This document shows positions 29,253-42,700 of a stretch of 64,000 nucleotides of DNA, piece by piece. Position numbers and translations under genes: made by a program. The notes under the pieces were generated by a model that ran no database searches, was not told the origin of the DNA, and saw only the letters and a list, made by a program, of their open reading frames with translations. The first letter of the stretch is position 1. Each line of letters opens with the position of its first letter. The stretch is from an uncultured virus (IMG/VR IMGVR_UViG_3300042559_001081) (taxonomy: Duplodnaviria; Heunggongvirae; Uroviricota; Caudoviricetes), in IMG/VR virus record IMGVR_UViG_3300042559_001081, positions 62,001 through 126,000 of that record; one strand, written 5' to 3'.

Positions 29253-31064
29253 TTATGGATAAACTGAAGTTGACACATAAGTCCATTGATAGGCCCCGTC
29301 AACTTGAAATACTTTTAATGATCTAGCTACAGTCAATGACACAGATTCAACTGTGTCCGAAAAACCGACATCTTGTAAAACAGATTGATTTTCAACACCG
29401 TTTTTATCAACTGCAACAAATGTTTTATTAATTCCATCGGCCCCATTGTATGAGATTGTTCCAGAATATGCAGTGCAATGAACGTATGCATAAACTCCAA
29501 CATTTTTAGTAATACCTGGTACTAAATCTTCTATAAATGATGCTAATTGAGTATTGTTTACTCCTGTAATGTCAAATGTTAAGTATACATTTTGATCTTG
29601 GAATTTTTCATCTACGTATGTTTTATTTGCTATAGAACTTCCTGGATCGCTTACATCTGGTGTTGCTACCCCTGTTATTTTAACGTCTGCTAACAACGGA
29701 TCACTAAAAACTACTGTGCCATCGCTAACAATGTATAATGGATACCCTGTAGTAGTGATTGTTGCACCGTTTAAGTTTATATAATCAACATTTAAATTAG
29801 TTAAAACTCCTATAGATGTTAGACCTGGGGCCGAAGTAACCGAAGAACCTAGTGCAGTAGCAGACAACACTAAAGAATTATTAATTTTGTATTGATATCC
29901 AGTAGGTATGTTAAAGTGACTAGTTGCATTCCAATTATTATTTGCATTGTCCCATGTTAACGATTTATCGCTAACTCCAGATTTTACAACTATACCAGCA
30001 CCATCGAGTTCTATTTCTGAAAAAGTTGTGCCACCCGAAGTTATACCAAGTTCTATTGTTTTATCTTCAACTCGTATGTTAGTAACATCAAAATATGATG
30101 CTGAGCCGCCTACAATTAAGTCTCCGGTAATTCTCATACTGCCTGTTAAATCTAAAGAGTATTGCGGAGTTGATTGCCATATACCTATTCTTGAGTTTAA
30201 GTTGTCTATCTTAATTGCATCAACATTTGACGAGCCTTGGCGCACTTGTATTTTAAAATCAGATCCAGAGATTTGAGATCTCTGTACAACAGTGTTGCTT
30301 TCTACTTTAACAGTAAAATCCGAATCGTCTCCAACAACTAGTCCTGTATCATTTTTTACATGTAGCCAGCCAGTAGTAGTATTGTTAGATGCAATTTTTA
30401 AAAAACTGTTTGGAGTATATAAGTTTCCTAAGCTGTCTATTAATTGTGTTGTTGAGCTAGCAGGACCGTTAAATTTAAAGTCTGTGTGCTCAGAACTCAT
30501 ATTCCAACCAGCTAGAATGCTTGTTCCAAAGTTAGTAATAGATGTTGCTGCTGTAAAACTTTCGCTACTAACAATAGCGACAGTAGTATTTCCGATTAAA
30601 AATCTTGCTACAACTCTAGGTTGTCCTGTATTATCTGTAATAGTTGTTATACTAAATCCCGATTCTCCTTGCGAATCAGTGTATATAGGACCGGCTAGTA
30701 TTAAATTGCTTCCATCACTAAAGTAAATCTGTTTATTATTAGTGTCTACCCATATGTCTCCTGCTAACATTGTTGGTTGAGTTGCAGAAACAATTGTTGC
30801 ATCAGTTGATCTAAAAATAGATCCATCAAATATTTTTAATCTGTTTTCAGATGTATCATACCATAGCTGACCTCTAATAGGATTAGCAGGTGGAGAGGAA
30901 TTAGAAAAGTTTTCCAATAACTTTATAAAGTTTTCATTAAAATATTCGCCGTATCCTGTATAATTGCGACCTACTAGTACCAAGTCAGTTGTATCGGTAT
31001 CTATTCGTCCATCGACCAAGTCAACTAAGAGTGTACCGTCGGCTGTATTAATTTTATAACTCAT
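29253..31064 (-). CDS. Tail fibre-like structural protein
   Basis: GRNYTGYGEYFNENFIKLLENF...GQLWYD N-terminal domain; ANKTYVD fibre motif. Confidence 0.65.
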   Translation of the reverse strand: MSYKINTADGTLLVDLVDGRIDTDTTDLVLVGRNYTGYGEYFNENFIKLLENFSNSSPPANPIRGQLWYDTSENRLKIFDGSIFRSTDATIVSATQPTMLAGDIWVDTNNKQIYFSDGSNLILAGPIYTDSQGESGFSITTITDNTGQPRVVARFLIGNTTVAIVSSESFTAATSITNFGTSILAGWNMSSEHTDFKFNGPASSTTQLIDSLGNLYTPNSFLKIASNNTTTGWLHVKNDTGLVVGDDSDFTVKVESNTVVQRSQISGSDFKIQVRQGSSNVDAIKIDNLNSRIGIWQSTPQYSLDLTGSMRITGDLIVGGSASYFDVTNIRVEDKTIELGITSGGTTFSEIELDGAGIVVKSGVSDKSLTWDNANNNWNATSHFNIPTGYQYKINNSLVLSATALGSSVTSAPGLTSIGVLTNLNVDYINLNGATITTTGYPLYIVSDGTVVFSDPLLADVKITGVATPDVSDPGSSIANKTYVDEKFQDQNVYLTFDITGVNNTQLASFIEDLVPGITKNVGVYAYVHCTAYSGTISYNGADGINKTFVAVDKNGVENQSVLQDVGFSDTVESVSLTVARSLKVFQVDGAYQWTYVSTSVYP

Positions 31065-33091
31065 TAAAAGACTCCGTGATAAATGATGTATGTTACAGTA
31101 GCAAACGGTGGAACTGTGGTGAATTCGATTTGCGATGTATAATTATAGATACCTTCAGTCCTTGTAAGTCCAGATCCTGGGTCGCCGCCAACTATCGATA
31201 CACTTGATGATCCACCGTCAGCAACTCCAGTTACGTTGGTAGTTGCATAGAATTGTGTACCATCATCGCCCATTAAGCTATGTTTGTGTTCCGGTAATTG
31301 ATTTTCAATGATAAAATCACTTTCTGATCCACCATATTGTCCTACCGATTCAGACGCTATATCTTGTAATACTCTGTTTCCGCTTACTGCATCAGCTTTA
31401 TGACCTAGTAGGAATCTTCCTCTAAGATCCGGTATTTTAAAAAATGCAGTTGAGGAACCTGCTCCAAAGTTTGTTCCTATTGCTGTAAATAATGCGGCAT
31501 AAGAAACTTTTGATTTTTCTGTTCCGTCACAAATAAACCAACCCGGAGGTGCAGTGGTACCTGCATATGACATAATTGAGCCAACAGGTATAACCGGACC
31601 TACAGCAGTATTAGGAATTTTACTAGTCAATGTTTCTTGACTTACTCTTTTTAAACCTATATCAGCACCGGCTAATCTTCTAATAACAATTTGATCTGTT
31701 GAATCAATTGTTGATATAAGTGTTTTTGAAGTAAAATAGCTATCGCTAAGTGTAGTTGTAAAAGTTTTTGTTGTGCCGCCAGTCTGGCCGTCAAAAACAA
31801 AGCTCGGAGCCGTTATGTCTCCTGTCATTACAAACGTAGTAGGACTATTTAATCTTCCTGTAGTTGTTGAGGATCCTGTAACGTTTCCAGTTAAACTTCC
31901 GACAAATGTTCCATAAAAGTTTGTAGCATAAACATTGTTAAATCTTGACAACGATGAGCCTATGTTCTTGCCTGTTGTTTCTGGCAATATATTACCATTA
32001 ACAGTTAAAGAACCTTCTAAATCTATGTTACCACCAACATTTAAATTTTTAGCTATGCCTGCACCACCAGGTACAATTAAAGCACCATTTGAAATCGTTG
32101 TGCTTTCTGTAGTACCTCCTAATGTTAGTGTACCAGATGCAACTATATTTCCAACAACATCAAGTGCTTCTGTTGGAATTTTAGTTGGACTACCTATTGC
32201 AACTTTAGTATCATTATATACTCTAATTGCAGTTGTCGAAACACCTGCATTATTAACTTTAAAGTCAATACTTCCGTCACTTGCTTTATGTGAAATTTCA
32301 CCTACGCTACCACTAACAGAAAACACAAGAGTTTGTGTTTCACCGATGTCAAGGCCGCCGTTATTTCTTATTCTCAGTGTTCTAGATAAAATATTTTCTG
32401 TACTTTTTCTAACAAAGTCTGTTCCTGGAACATTTGTATTAGAAATAACTAAATTTTCTGCTTTTTCAGCAAGACCATAATACTTTGCAGCTTGGCCGCC
32501 GATGTTGCCACTTATGTTAATTCCTGGATATATTGTGCTATATCCTTGAATTACAGCTTTAGGAATAAATTCTACTGAACTTATTATCGACACCGGAATG
32601 TCGCTAACATAATTTATAATAACCGGTATTTCTTGATTTGTAGTCGAAGTAACGGTAACAAATTTTGATCCAGTGCTAGCACCTTCGCTATAATCCGGGC
32701 CTACTAAAATCCAACCAGAACCGCTATACAAGTATACTTGCTGATTTGCTGTATCTACCCACAGGTCACCTATTGTACTTGTTGAAGCTTCGGGTTCTGT
32801 AGTAGCTTTTTTTAAGCCGCCGGCACTAACCCATTGTGTACCATCGTAAACTTTGAGTTGGTCAATACCGTCAGTTGTATCGTACCAAAGTTGTCCTTCG
32901 ACCGGATTTTCAGGCGATGTAGTATTAGCAAAATTTTCTAACAAATGTAAAAAGTTTTCTAAAACAATATTTCCAAAATCTGAAAGATTTCTTCCAGGTA
33001 GTTGAAGAGAAGTGTCTGTGTTAACAGTATTATCTTCAACTGTTATAGAACCTTTGTTAACACTGTCAGTAAAGTTTACTTCATATGCCAT
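31064..33091 (-). CDS. Tail fibre protein with tail-collar domain
   Basis: Shared N-terminal domain; IPVGSIMSYAGTTAPPGWFICDG...PDLRGRF collar motif; PPFATVTYII end. Confidence 0.8.
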   Translation of the reverse strand: MAYEVNFTDSVNKGSITVEDNTVNTDTSLQLPGRNLSDFGNIVLENFLHLLENFANTTSPENPVEGQLWYDTTDGIDQLKVYDGTQWVSAGGLKKATTEPEASTSTIGDLWVDTANQQVYLYSGSGWILVGPDYSEGASTGSKFVTVTSTTNQEIPVIINYVSDIPVSIISSVEFIPKAVIQGYSTIYPGINISGNIGGQAAKYYGLAEKAENLVISNTNVPGTDFVRKSTENILSRTLRIRNNGGLDIGETQTLVFSVSGSVGEISHKASDGSIDFKVNNAGVSTTAIRVYNDTKVAIGSPTKIPTEALDVVGNIVASGTLTLGGTTESTTISNGALIVPGGAGIAKNLNVGGNIDLEGSLTVNGNILPETTGKNIGSSLSRFNNVYATNFYGTFVGSLTGNVTGSSTTTGRLNSPTTFVMTGDITAPSFVFDGQTGGTTKTFTTTLSDSYFTSKTLISTIDSTDQIVIRRLAGADIGLKRVSQETLTSKIPNTAVGPVIPVGSIMSYAGTTAPPGWFICDGTEKSKVSYAALFTAIGTNFGAGSSTAFFKIPDLRGRFLLGHKADAVSGNRVLQDIASESVGQYGGSESDFIIENQLPEHKHSLMGDDGTQFYATTNVTGVADGGSSSVSIVGGDPGSGLTRTEGIYNYTSQIEFTTVPPFATVTYIIYHGVF

Positions 33092-33093
33092 TA

Positions 33094-33705
33094 TTAAACC
33101 TCGTTAAACCCGCTTAGGCTTTGTACTCTTACAGTATAATCAATCTGGATTAGTCTGTTTAAACTCTTTTGGACAGGGTGAAAAATTACGTGAGTAATTA
33201 ATCTTCCTGTACCCGATGAACTGTAGCTCTTAAGTCCTAGTTCATCAAAAACAAATAATTGGTCAGTATTTGCTGCTGTATCAAATGCATCCTGACCGTC
33301 TGGTTCGCCGTAATCTAACAAACAACTAACTAGTATATCGGTATAGTTTGTGCCCGATACGTGTCTTATTTCGGTCTTGTTTCTAGTAGGATCTGTATTG
33401 TTTACACTTCTATCATCAACTACTTTGTTATATGTTTGGTTATACAAACTAGCATTTGTACCAGTTGTATTAGGAGTCAAGTATGTGATTATACCAGTTG
33501 GATCTACACTTGTGCCGCCGTTTCCGAACGCCATTTCGTATATAAATCCCTGTCCAGCATTTGACAAACTTTCGGCCAATGCTAAACTCATGTTTTCGTA
33601 ATGTATAGCATTACGCTTGTTAATAAATATTTCTCCTGTTTTTGGATCAAATATTTTGATGTGTCCTTCGACGTGTATTCCATTAAGATCGTTTAAATTT
33701 GTCAT
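33094..33705 (-). CDS. Baseplate/tail-associated structural protein
   Basis: Lies between giant baseplate gene and fibres; FDELGL...LITHVIFHPVQKSLNR; ATG 33705 with AGGTG RBS. Confidence 0.55.
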   Translation of the reverse strand: MTNLNDLNGIHVEGHIKIFDPKTGEIFINKRNAIHYENMSLALAESLSNAGQGFIYEMAFGNGGTSVDPTGIITYLTPNTTGTNASLYNQTYNKVVDDRSVNNTDPTRNKTEIRHVSGTNYTDILVSCLLDYGEPDGQDAFDTAANTDQLFVFDELGLKSYSSSGTGRLITHVIFHPVQKSLNRLIQIDYTVRVQSLSGFNEV

Positions 33706-33725
33706 ATGTTTCACCTATACTATAT

Positions 33726-36700
33726 TTATTTAGGTAAGAGTATTGTTGCTTCACGCAAGAATCTGCTTATATTATTATTAGAAGTTGTTAATGATTTGCC
33801 ACTTTCATTCCATACTTTACCAGTTGATCTTGCAATTACTACCTTAACTCCTGCTGGCGGTGCTATTGCCAACACCAGGTTATTATCTTCTATAGAAAAT
33901 TCTGGCGGAATTGTAACATCACCTTCGGGACTATCCTGTGCTATTGTTTGATCAAACAACTGTATTGAATTTTTTCTTAGGCGTCGGCCAGCAACAAAAA
34001 CTTCAATTTCGTCAACGCTTTCAGGAATCATATAATCTCTGAAAGCAAATGTTGTAGCTGTAGAACTACCATCTGCTATTTCAGTTTGTGTAAGAACAAC
34101 ATCCGAATAGTTAATAGTTTCTTCAGGGCCTTGTCCATAAGCAACTGTGCCAACATTATAAAGATTTTTTACACCTGTACCAAGTGTACCTCTTCTTAAT
34201 TGTTGTAACTTATTTCCAACTACTTCAAAATATTCAATTCTTTCACCGTCAATAAAAACTACTCCCGGTATATTTTTTGATTTGTTTGGCTGGAATATAC
34301 CACTTGTGCTTTCAAGTACAATTCTTAAGTCATAATAATTTAAAGGTTCTGCTAGTACATAAGAATTACTTTGATTTAGCCTCTTATAATGTGTTCTGTT
34401 TAGCATATCTTTAAAAATTCTAAAACCGTACTTTGGTGAAACAGGTGAATTTCCAAATTCAATAACATCTATTTTGTCATTATTAAATGGTAACGACGAT
34501 AATTGTATTGCATCCATTGTAGGAACTAAAACATAATCTATGTTTGGTGTTAACAACTCGCCATTAAGTGCTACCCAAACGTAGTTTGCACTCGATGTAG
34601 TGCCGTTTAATTTAATATATCCACTCGATGTAAGATTTCTTGTTATCCAATTTTCTGTGGTTTCGTCAACATATGTATCTCTAAGTACTTTATATAAAGT
34701 TCTCTTAAAGTTGTTAATGTCGTGGTTACTAAATTGATATATTTCAATATCTGTACCAGAGCTCGGAGGAGTAGCAAAAGTTAAACTGTCACTTAATTCG
34801 TAAGTTACATCTAAAATTGTTAACAAAGTTTCGCTTAATTCAAACTCTGGAGAAATTGTAAATGAATTTCTAATATCATTTCTAAAAGATCTTACAACAA
34901 TTTCGTCCTCAGAGACTGTTTTAACATACGCAGTATAAGATGAACTGTCGTTAGTAGATACCAAAGTAATTTCAGAGTCTGCAACAATCATGCTGTCCAC
35001 TGCACTTGAAAACTTTATTCTTGAATCTATAAAATAGTAATCTGCATCAGTTATAATATAAACTTCAAGTGTACTTCCTGAAATTCCAATATCTTCTTGC
35101 AACAATCTTACAATGCCGACTGTTGAATCAAATGTAAATTCTTCTTTTGTTAATTGTATGCCGTTAACAAAAACTAATACGTTTGCTTCATCTATAGTTG
35201 TTGTGTCGCTGTATTGCCAAGAATCGATTGCATATTCTCTCTCATCTGTTGTAATAAACGACTTACTGTAACCAGGACTTAAAATCTGGTTGTTAGATTT
35301 AACAATAAGATTGTATGCTAACGGTTGCTTGTTAAACGGAACAGGATTATCTGTACCATCAAAGTCATGATAATCTGTGCTGCCATCTGCTTCGAAAGTT
35401 CTGTCAATAATTATTTGACTATAAGTTTTTAATGGTGTATCGTATATCGAATATTGAATTAGATCTCCATTTGCAATTGCCGACGACTCGAAAACAATCT
35501 TAAGTCTGTTTGGATATTGCTCAGTATCTTGTGTTCTAATTTGATTGTAATCTCTGCCTTTTTCTTTAACTATTCCGTTAACAGTTACAAATGTTGACAG
35601 TGTTTCACTCCAAACTGCCGAAGTTACATAACTAGTTGTACTTCCGTCTGATATAGTATATTCAGTGTCTATTAGATTAGCACCGTTAACGCCAATAGTT
35701 AAGATTGACAATAATGATCCGGTTGGTATAGTACTATCAGAAAACGAAATTGTTTGATCTTCGTAATCAACTGTAAACATATCTGGTTTTAAGATTTGGT
35801 TATCAACTTTAACAATTATTCCGTCAGCTGTTTGAGGAATATTAGGAAGATCAAACACAGATCTTGTACCATCTATTTTATAGTTTGCAACAGTAACAAT
35901 TCCAACACCATCTGCAGATCTATGATATACTTTTAAGTCAAGTGTGTCTAGAACTTGTCCAGGTACTAACTCTTCTGGTCCTCTCGATGATGCAGTAACG
36001 AAGCCGTCACCGTCTATAGTTATATCAGCACTTGACAAACCTGTTGCTGTAGTATATGCAAAGTTACCTCCTGAGATAGAAGTATCGTAGCTTGTATCTG
36101 TTGGTGCAAAGCTTCCGTCACTTGTGCTTTTTCTTATTATAACTATGTCATTAGCAACTGTTTCGATTAGCTCTTCATCGATAGTAACAGTATCTGTTAC
36201 ACCATCTCCAATAATAGTAGCCATTTTTGCATTTAGATTACTTAACGGTGTACTAGTGCCGTAATTCTCGTCATCAAGTCTAATATTATTTAGATAAAAG
36301 TTGTATTCAACATTTAATTCTAGTGGCTTACTTAATGTAAGTATTGAAGTACTTCCATCTAATATAAAAATTTCATCTTCGTATGTATTGTCAAAAGTAT
36401 CCCAGGGCATGGATCCGTATCCACCGACACCAAATCCTTGCTCAGTACCAAAATCGACACTGTTAACATTTACACCTTCGAATGTAACGCCATCCATTAG
36501 TTGAGACAAATCTTTGCCAGCCATGCCTGTGGTTGGATTATAGAAAAAGTTTATTCTATCAGCAGCATGTAATAAAGATATGTCTTTTTTATAAGTAATC
36601 GATATTTGTGATCCCAATGCTGGTGCATCAACAAATTTTATGTATCCAAGATGACGGTCAAATCCTTTTGATTTGTCAATGTCATTTCCGATTACAAATT

Positions 36701-39700
36701 TGCTACTTAATTGCTGAATTCCATTTATTGTAACAACGTAGCTATCTGTTCTAACATTCATTGGCCATTTTAGTACAAATTTTTCTTTTGCTGCTGTTCC
36801 TACAAATGATTCTGTTTCTTCTAATTCAGTAAACAGATAAGAACTGCTAATTCTGTCAAATCTTAAAACAACGTGTGCTGATCTAACAACTCCGTTTCCT
36901 AAAATAGCAACAGCAACCGCTGGTTCTCCGCCTTCATCTTGTGTTCCGTTAATAGATATCAATGGTGCTTTATAATATTTTCCACCTTTATTTACTATTT
37001 CAATTTTTGACACACGGCCTCTACTTAAGTAAGCTTTTGCTGTAGTTCCGTTCTCGCCTTCAACTACAACAACCGGTGTTTCTTTGTATTTTGATCCACC
37101 GTTAGCTACTTCTATAGATACAATATCGTAACCGTTGTTTTCTGTCCAACTTCTGTAAGGGTATTGTAAGTATTTGTCAATAACATCTTGAATTTGATTG
37201 TTTTCATACTTAGCATAACTAGTTTCTATTTCTTTTGTTATTTCGTTATAGCTAGGAGGTAAGTCAAAATCTGTAACCAGTGATTCAGTAGGTTCGATAG
37301 AAGAATACGCACTTATATATTCTCTTACTTTTGTACTGTATGGCTTTACTTCGTTAACATAATCTTGATAATTTTCGAGATTATCGTTTTGGAAGTTAAC
37401 AGGTTGATGCAAGTTGCCAACATTGTGTTTTACTCTTACAAAGCTAGTTTTAAAGGCCCAGTCAAGTCCATGCTGCTCGTGTATTGCATATCTTAAACTT
37501 GCAAAGAATAGATTTATGTATTCAACTGCTAAATCGCCTATAAATATTTCATTTTTTAACGCTGATAAAATATTTCTCAATTCGTTTACAGGTTCTTTAT
37601 CATAGAATGTTAAGTCAAATACGTTTGCATCATATCCGCTGTTGATAGATGCATAATCGTATAGCCTTGTAGAAAGCTGTATAGTACCATTTTGTCTACC
37701 CACAGTTTTATAATTTACTGTATAATCTTCAGTTGTCGAATCTGCAATTTTTTCTAACAATAGCCAACCGCCAGAACCGATGTTATTAATTTTTATAACT
37801 TCTCCGATTTCGTCGTCGAGTCCAAATAATTCATAACTTTGATCTACAACATGATCGATTTGTGTTAGGCTTGTATAGTCCGATAGATACCAGTCAGCAT
37901 AGTCCCAATATCTAGTAGTGTCGTAGTTCTGATTGTCTTTTCTATTCCAAGTTTGTGTTGCTTTGTTCCATTCATAAATTGCCCAACGGCCGCCTATTTC
38001 GGCATCAGCCTTAACTAAAACACTGTACTTTCTAACATTCAATTTTACATTGTCAGTATAGTTTTTACCAGAAGATCTAATATATGTACTAGTAATTTGT
38101 CCAAGATTGTTTATTGTTGTTTTAACAATTGCATTAGTGCCATTGCTGTCAACTATTTCAACATTCGGTGCAACACGATAACCTCTACCTGGATTGTCAA
38201 TGTTTATAGAAATAATTTTTCCATTTTCAATCACCGGTGTTAATTGAGCTTGTTCTGTTTTTGATACTCCTACAAAACGAAGATCGTCTACTGTGTCAAC
38301 TATGCTGTCATATCGACCTGTAGTTATTGCTGGTTCCTCATCTTTTAAGAATAATGTAGAAATATCATAGTTGTCAACTATTTGTCTAGTAATTAAAACA
38401 CTGTTTGTTCTTTCAACAAGTTGTTTGACTGCTTCTAATCTATTTACAAACATTCCTTGACGTGGAGCATTTAAAATTCCATATTTCTGTCTAACAGTTA
38501 ATGACGAATCTGGAACATTTTTTGAATTTTGATCATAACCAACTAAACTGTCAACCCATTTGTTTTCAATTTCAGAATTTAATATAACATTGTTATATCC
38601 TTCAGTTATAAGCTGATATTCTGAATGTATATTTGAATTTAATGTTTCATCTTTGGCTATAGTAAAGTGGATCGCAGTATTTTTGTCTTCTATAAAAGTT
38701 TTTACATTATACAATGCAAAACTATTATCGCTTAACAACACTGCAAAACGATATCCTTGCCCAGCCGGATCTGCTATTAGATTTTCTATTGCAGATGCAG
38801 ATAGTTGACGTTTACTATTTTCTGGAACATTCTTTTTACTCTTAACCCAGAAATAGAATCTATCTACAAACGATCCTGACACAGGATCATAAACTTTTTT
38901 AGAACTGTAAATAGTATCGTCGTATAAAGGCTGACCACTTATGCCTTCGGCAAATCCAGAAGGAGTATCTGCTAATGCAGCCCATCTTGATGGAATTACT
39001 GTTGATTCTACCCATTCATAAACATCGATTGATGCACCTGGTAACAGCTTATTCCAATTCGAAATTCTGTATTGATCGTCTCCTTGATAAGGATTAAACC
39101 AACTAGCAGTTTCTAATTTCCACCAAAGTTTTCCAACTTGGCTTTCTGTCCAACTGTTAACTGTATCAACAACAACACCGTCTTGTTGATTTACATTAAA
39201 TGAATAGATAGCAGGATCGTAGAAGGTCTTCCATGTAATTTCTTGTTCAGCAGGACCTGGTATTTTTCCTTGACGAGGATCAATTACATCAAGATTTACT
39301 AATAAATCATTGGTATTAATCGAATACAAGAAGCATCTTTGTATTTTTTCATTATTCGGTTTGCCTTCTTGTATTGTTACTTCCGTCCAGCTATTTGAAT
39401 TCTTTGTAGAACGCAAGTCTGCAAATAATCCTAGAGATGAGTCTTCAGAAGACTCATAGTTATAAATTAAAGCAGAATCTTCAGTGTTAGCAGGATTTAG
39501 TTTAGGAAAACCTATATATAGATGATTATCTATTAATTTGAAGTTACTAATGTCGTTATACTTTGTATTTCGATTGTATGCAACATCCTCGCCATATATA
39601 TAAGAATCTCCAAGTTTTTGGAATAACGCAATTCTGCCAGTATCTTTCAACACATTGACAAAGTTTGTGTAACCGTTATCAAATGTTGTGTATTCTTTTC

Positions 39701-42700
39701 TTTCATCAGAAGTCGGGTCGTTTACATACTTCGAATACTTAATGCTTCCGGTTTCTGTTTTTCCAACCATAATACCATAAAGATTTTCAGTGTATCTGTC
39801 AAATGTTGTAACAACTCTTTTGTCTGTATTTTTTCCAGAAATAGCTAATTTATTTCCATAAAAATCTAAACCAGTACCAAACGACTCGTTCTTTTCTTCA
39901 AACGGGCTTCTTAATGTTTGTAATAATTCATAAGTTGATACATTGTCTGTTGTTACTTGTTTATAAATGTATACGCATCCGCCGTCTATTTCAATATCAT
40001 CGTTTCTCGGTGCACCGATACCAATTCTGTCTCCTGTGTCATTTATAGAAACTTTAAATCCAAAACTTTCTGACATGTCAGACGTATCGATATGTTGAGA
40101 AAACTTCCATCTACTTAAATTATTTCTATATATCGATACTCTTTCTGATCTTATCCCCGATCCAAGATTTACTGAGCTGGAAAGAATAATGATGTCGCCA
40201 AGTGTATTAACATCAAAGTTCTTTCCTATGTTGATTGCATCGTTATACAACGAGCTATCGCCTTCGTTGTCAATGATGTTGTTTATTCTTGGTATGTATC
40301 CTGTATATTCTACAGTTTCGTCATCAAGTAAGATCCACAATGATGACGCTTCTGGAATTGCAGAGCCTGGAGTTATATTTGTATCAGCACGGTATACCTG
40401 TCCATTGTAGAATACTATTTCATTTAAGTTATAACTAGCAAAGTCGCTGTATACTCCTCTATACATTTTATCTTTGCTGTATTCCCATGTATTATCCGAG
40501 TTATCAATAAAATAAATTCTTCCACGTGATAATGATTCTGTACCAGGTGCTCCAACAAATAACTTTACATCTCCAGTTGCTGTTGTTCTAAGCTCAACTT
40601 TATATCCAAATCTTTCGTTGTTTTTCGGATCTGGACTTGCTATACAATGTACTAAATTATAATATCCAGTAGTTTGTCTTTCATAAAGATATACAACACC
40701 TTGATTTGTAAGTCCTGATTCTGTACCGTCGTCAGTGGTTTCTATTATATAGACTGGTTCCCAGTCTTGATCGGTTGTGCTTATAGTACTGCTTTCATCC
40801 CAAGGTGCAAAGGAAGAAATAGCTCTCCATAGCATTCCGTTATCGTTTACAATATCTCCCATTTGATAAACTGTTCCAGGTGTTAAATCACCTTTAAATT
40901 TAGTTTTAATATTGCTTGCATATGGTGCACCTATTGCAAGATACTTACCATTACTGCTTAATGCAACATCGTATCCAAATGCAGAATATCCACTAACAGT
41001 GTCATCTTGTACAAGAGACTGTATTTCTCGTTTATCAATTGACTCTGTAGATCTTGCATAAATTCTTACTATACCTCTTTCGAAGTCGTCAGATACAGAA
41101 CCGATTGCTAGTATAGTGTTAGCTATATTTGAATCAAAGCTAGTAGCAAATCCGTCGCCGTCTAGTGTAGGATTAATAATTTCTTCTTGAAGAGAAAAAA
41201 TGTTTTCGTTTGTATAAACACCCCAGGCATTATCACCTTTGTTATCTATCCAAACAGTATCATTAAATTCTTGCTTAAGAGATTTTATGCTCGAATTCAA
41301 TGTAGTCGAATCAGCAAATCTTCTAGTAACAAATTTAGCTACTCCTACTTCATTGCTGTCAGGTAAGCCGACTGAAGAGTTGTTACCCTCTGTTGTTATA
41401 CTGTTTAAGTTTCCTGCATTTATTACTTGAACTTTGTTTAATGAAACTGCCCAAATTTTATAAAATTTAGTAATACTATCATTGGTAGACAGTAAGCCTA
41501 TGATTTCACCTTTTTGATATTGAGTTTCAATGTAATTTTCAAATACAACAGTGAATCCTTCGATTACGTTTCCGTTTTCGTCAATAACTTCATCGCTGAT
41601 AAAAGCACTGTCAAAACTTAAAATCTTGTCACCAGTTTTAACTAATCTTAATACATCCCAAGTTTGATTGTAATTTGTTACCCAAATAAAATCACCTACT
41701 CTAATATTAAATGCCGACAGTTCGAGGATTGAATCGTAGCCATTAACAACTGCGGCTACATCTTGTTCTCTAATATAACCGTTGTCTTTAGTGTATATTG
41801 TGTTTGTTGTATTAGATTCAAACGGAGCATGATTATAGTCGTCTGGTCTCAGATAGACTTCGTAAGGTGCAATTTCTTGTACTAGATCTGTTCTAGTGCT
41901 AGATTTAGAATCTACCAGTTCGATAATTTGAGGCTCAAGTTTATATTTTAATTCGTCGATGAGATACTCTATCTCATAAATGTTATCGGTAGAACCGTAT
42001 TGTCCAAGACGAACTGCCCATTCTTCGTAGAATTCTAGACTTTCTTCTCCCGCAGTGCTTAATGCATCAAACAGTTTTGTTAAAGCGTTTTTAGTACCTT
42101 TTTCGGCTATGTATCCTTGATAAAACTTATATTGGCTTACACTGTCTGTAATAATGTTTGAAAGATATTCTCTCTTTTGATATCCGATTAAATGTTGTCC
42201 AAGACGTTGTTGTTCAGTGTCAAAGTTATCTGTATCCAAATCATAGAAATCAGCAAATTGATTAGCTTTATAATCCCAGTTTGCATACAACCTTGATTCC
42301 GGCTTTTCAGTTAATCTATTCCAATTATTAGCATCAAAGAATTCATTACTTGTATGTTTAATGTTAGCACTGTAATAAAATTCTTTATACTTTACTAAAT
42401 CACCTATTGCATAATCTGTCCAGATACTCCAATTTGTAATCTTCGCTTCATCAAAAATAAATCCAGGAATATTTAGACTTCCGTCCCAATTATCTGTTCT
42501 GTATCCAACAACTTTGATTCTCTCTTGTCTATACCCTGGAACTTTGTCATAAATTGTATCATTAAACACTGTTTGATTATCAATTATTATAACATGTTCT
42601 TTTTGTATTAGAGGTAATTTTACTAAGAAAATTCCTTCATCGGAATTTACCGGAGTTACTCCAAATGTATTCGACGAAGTTCTAAAAATATTAGAAAATT

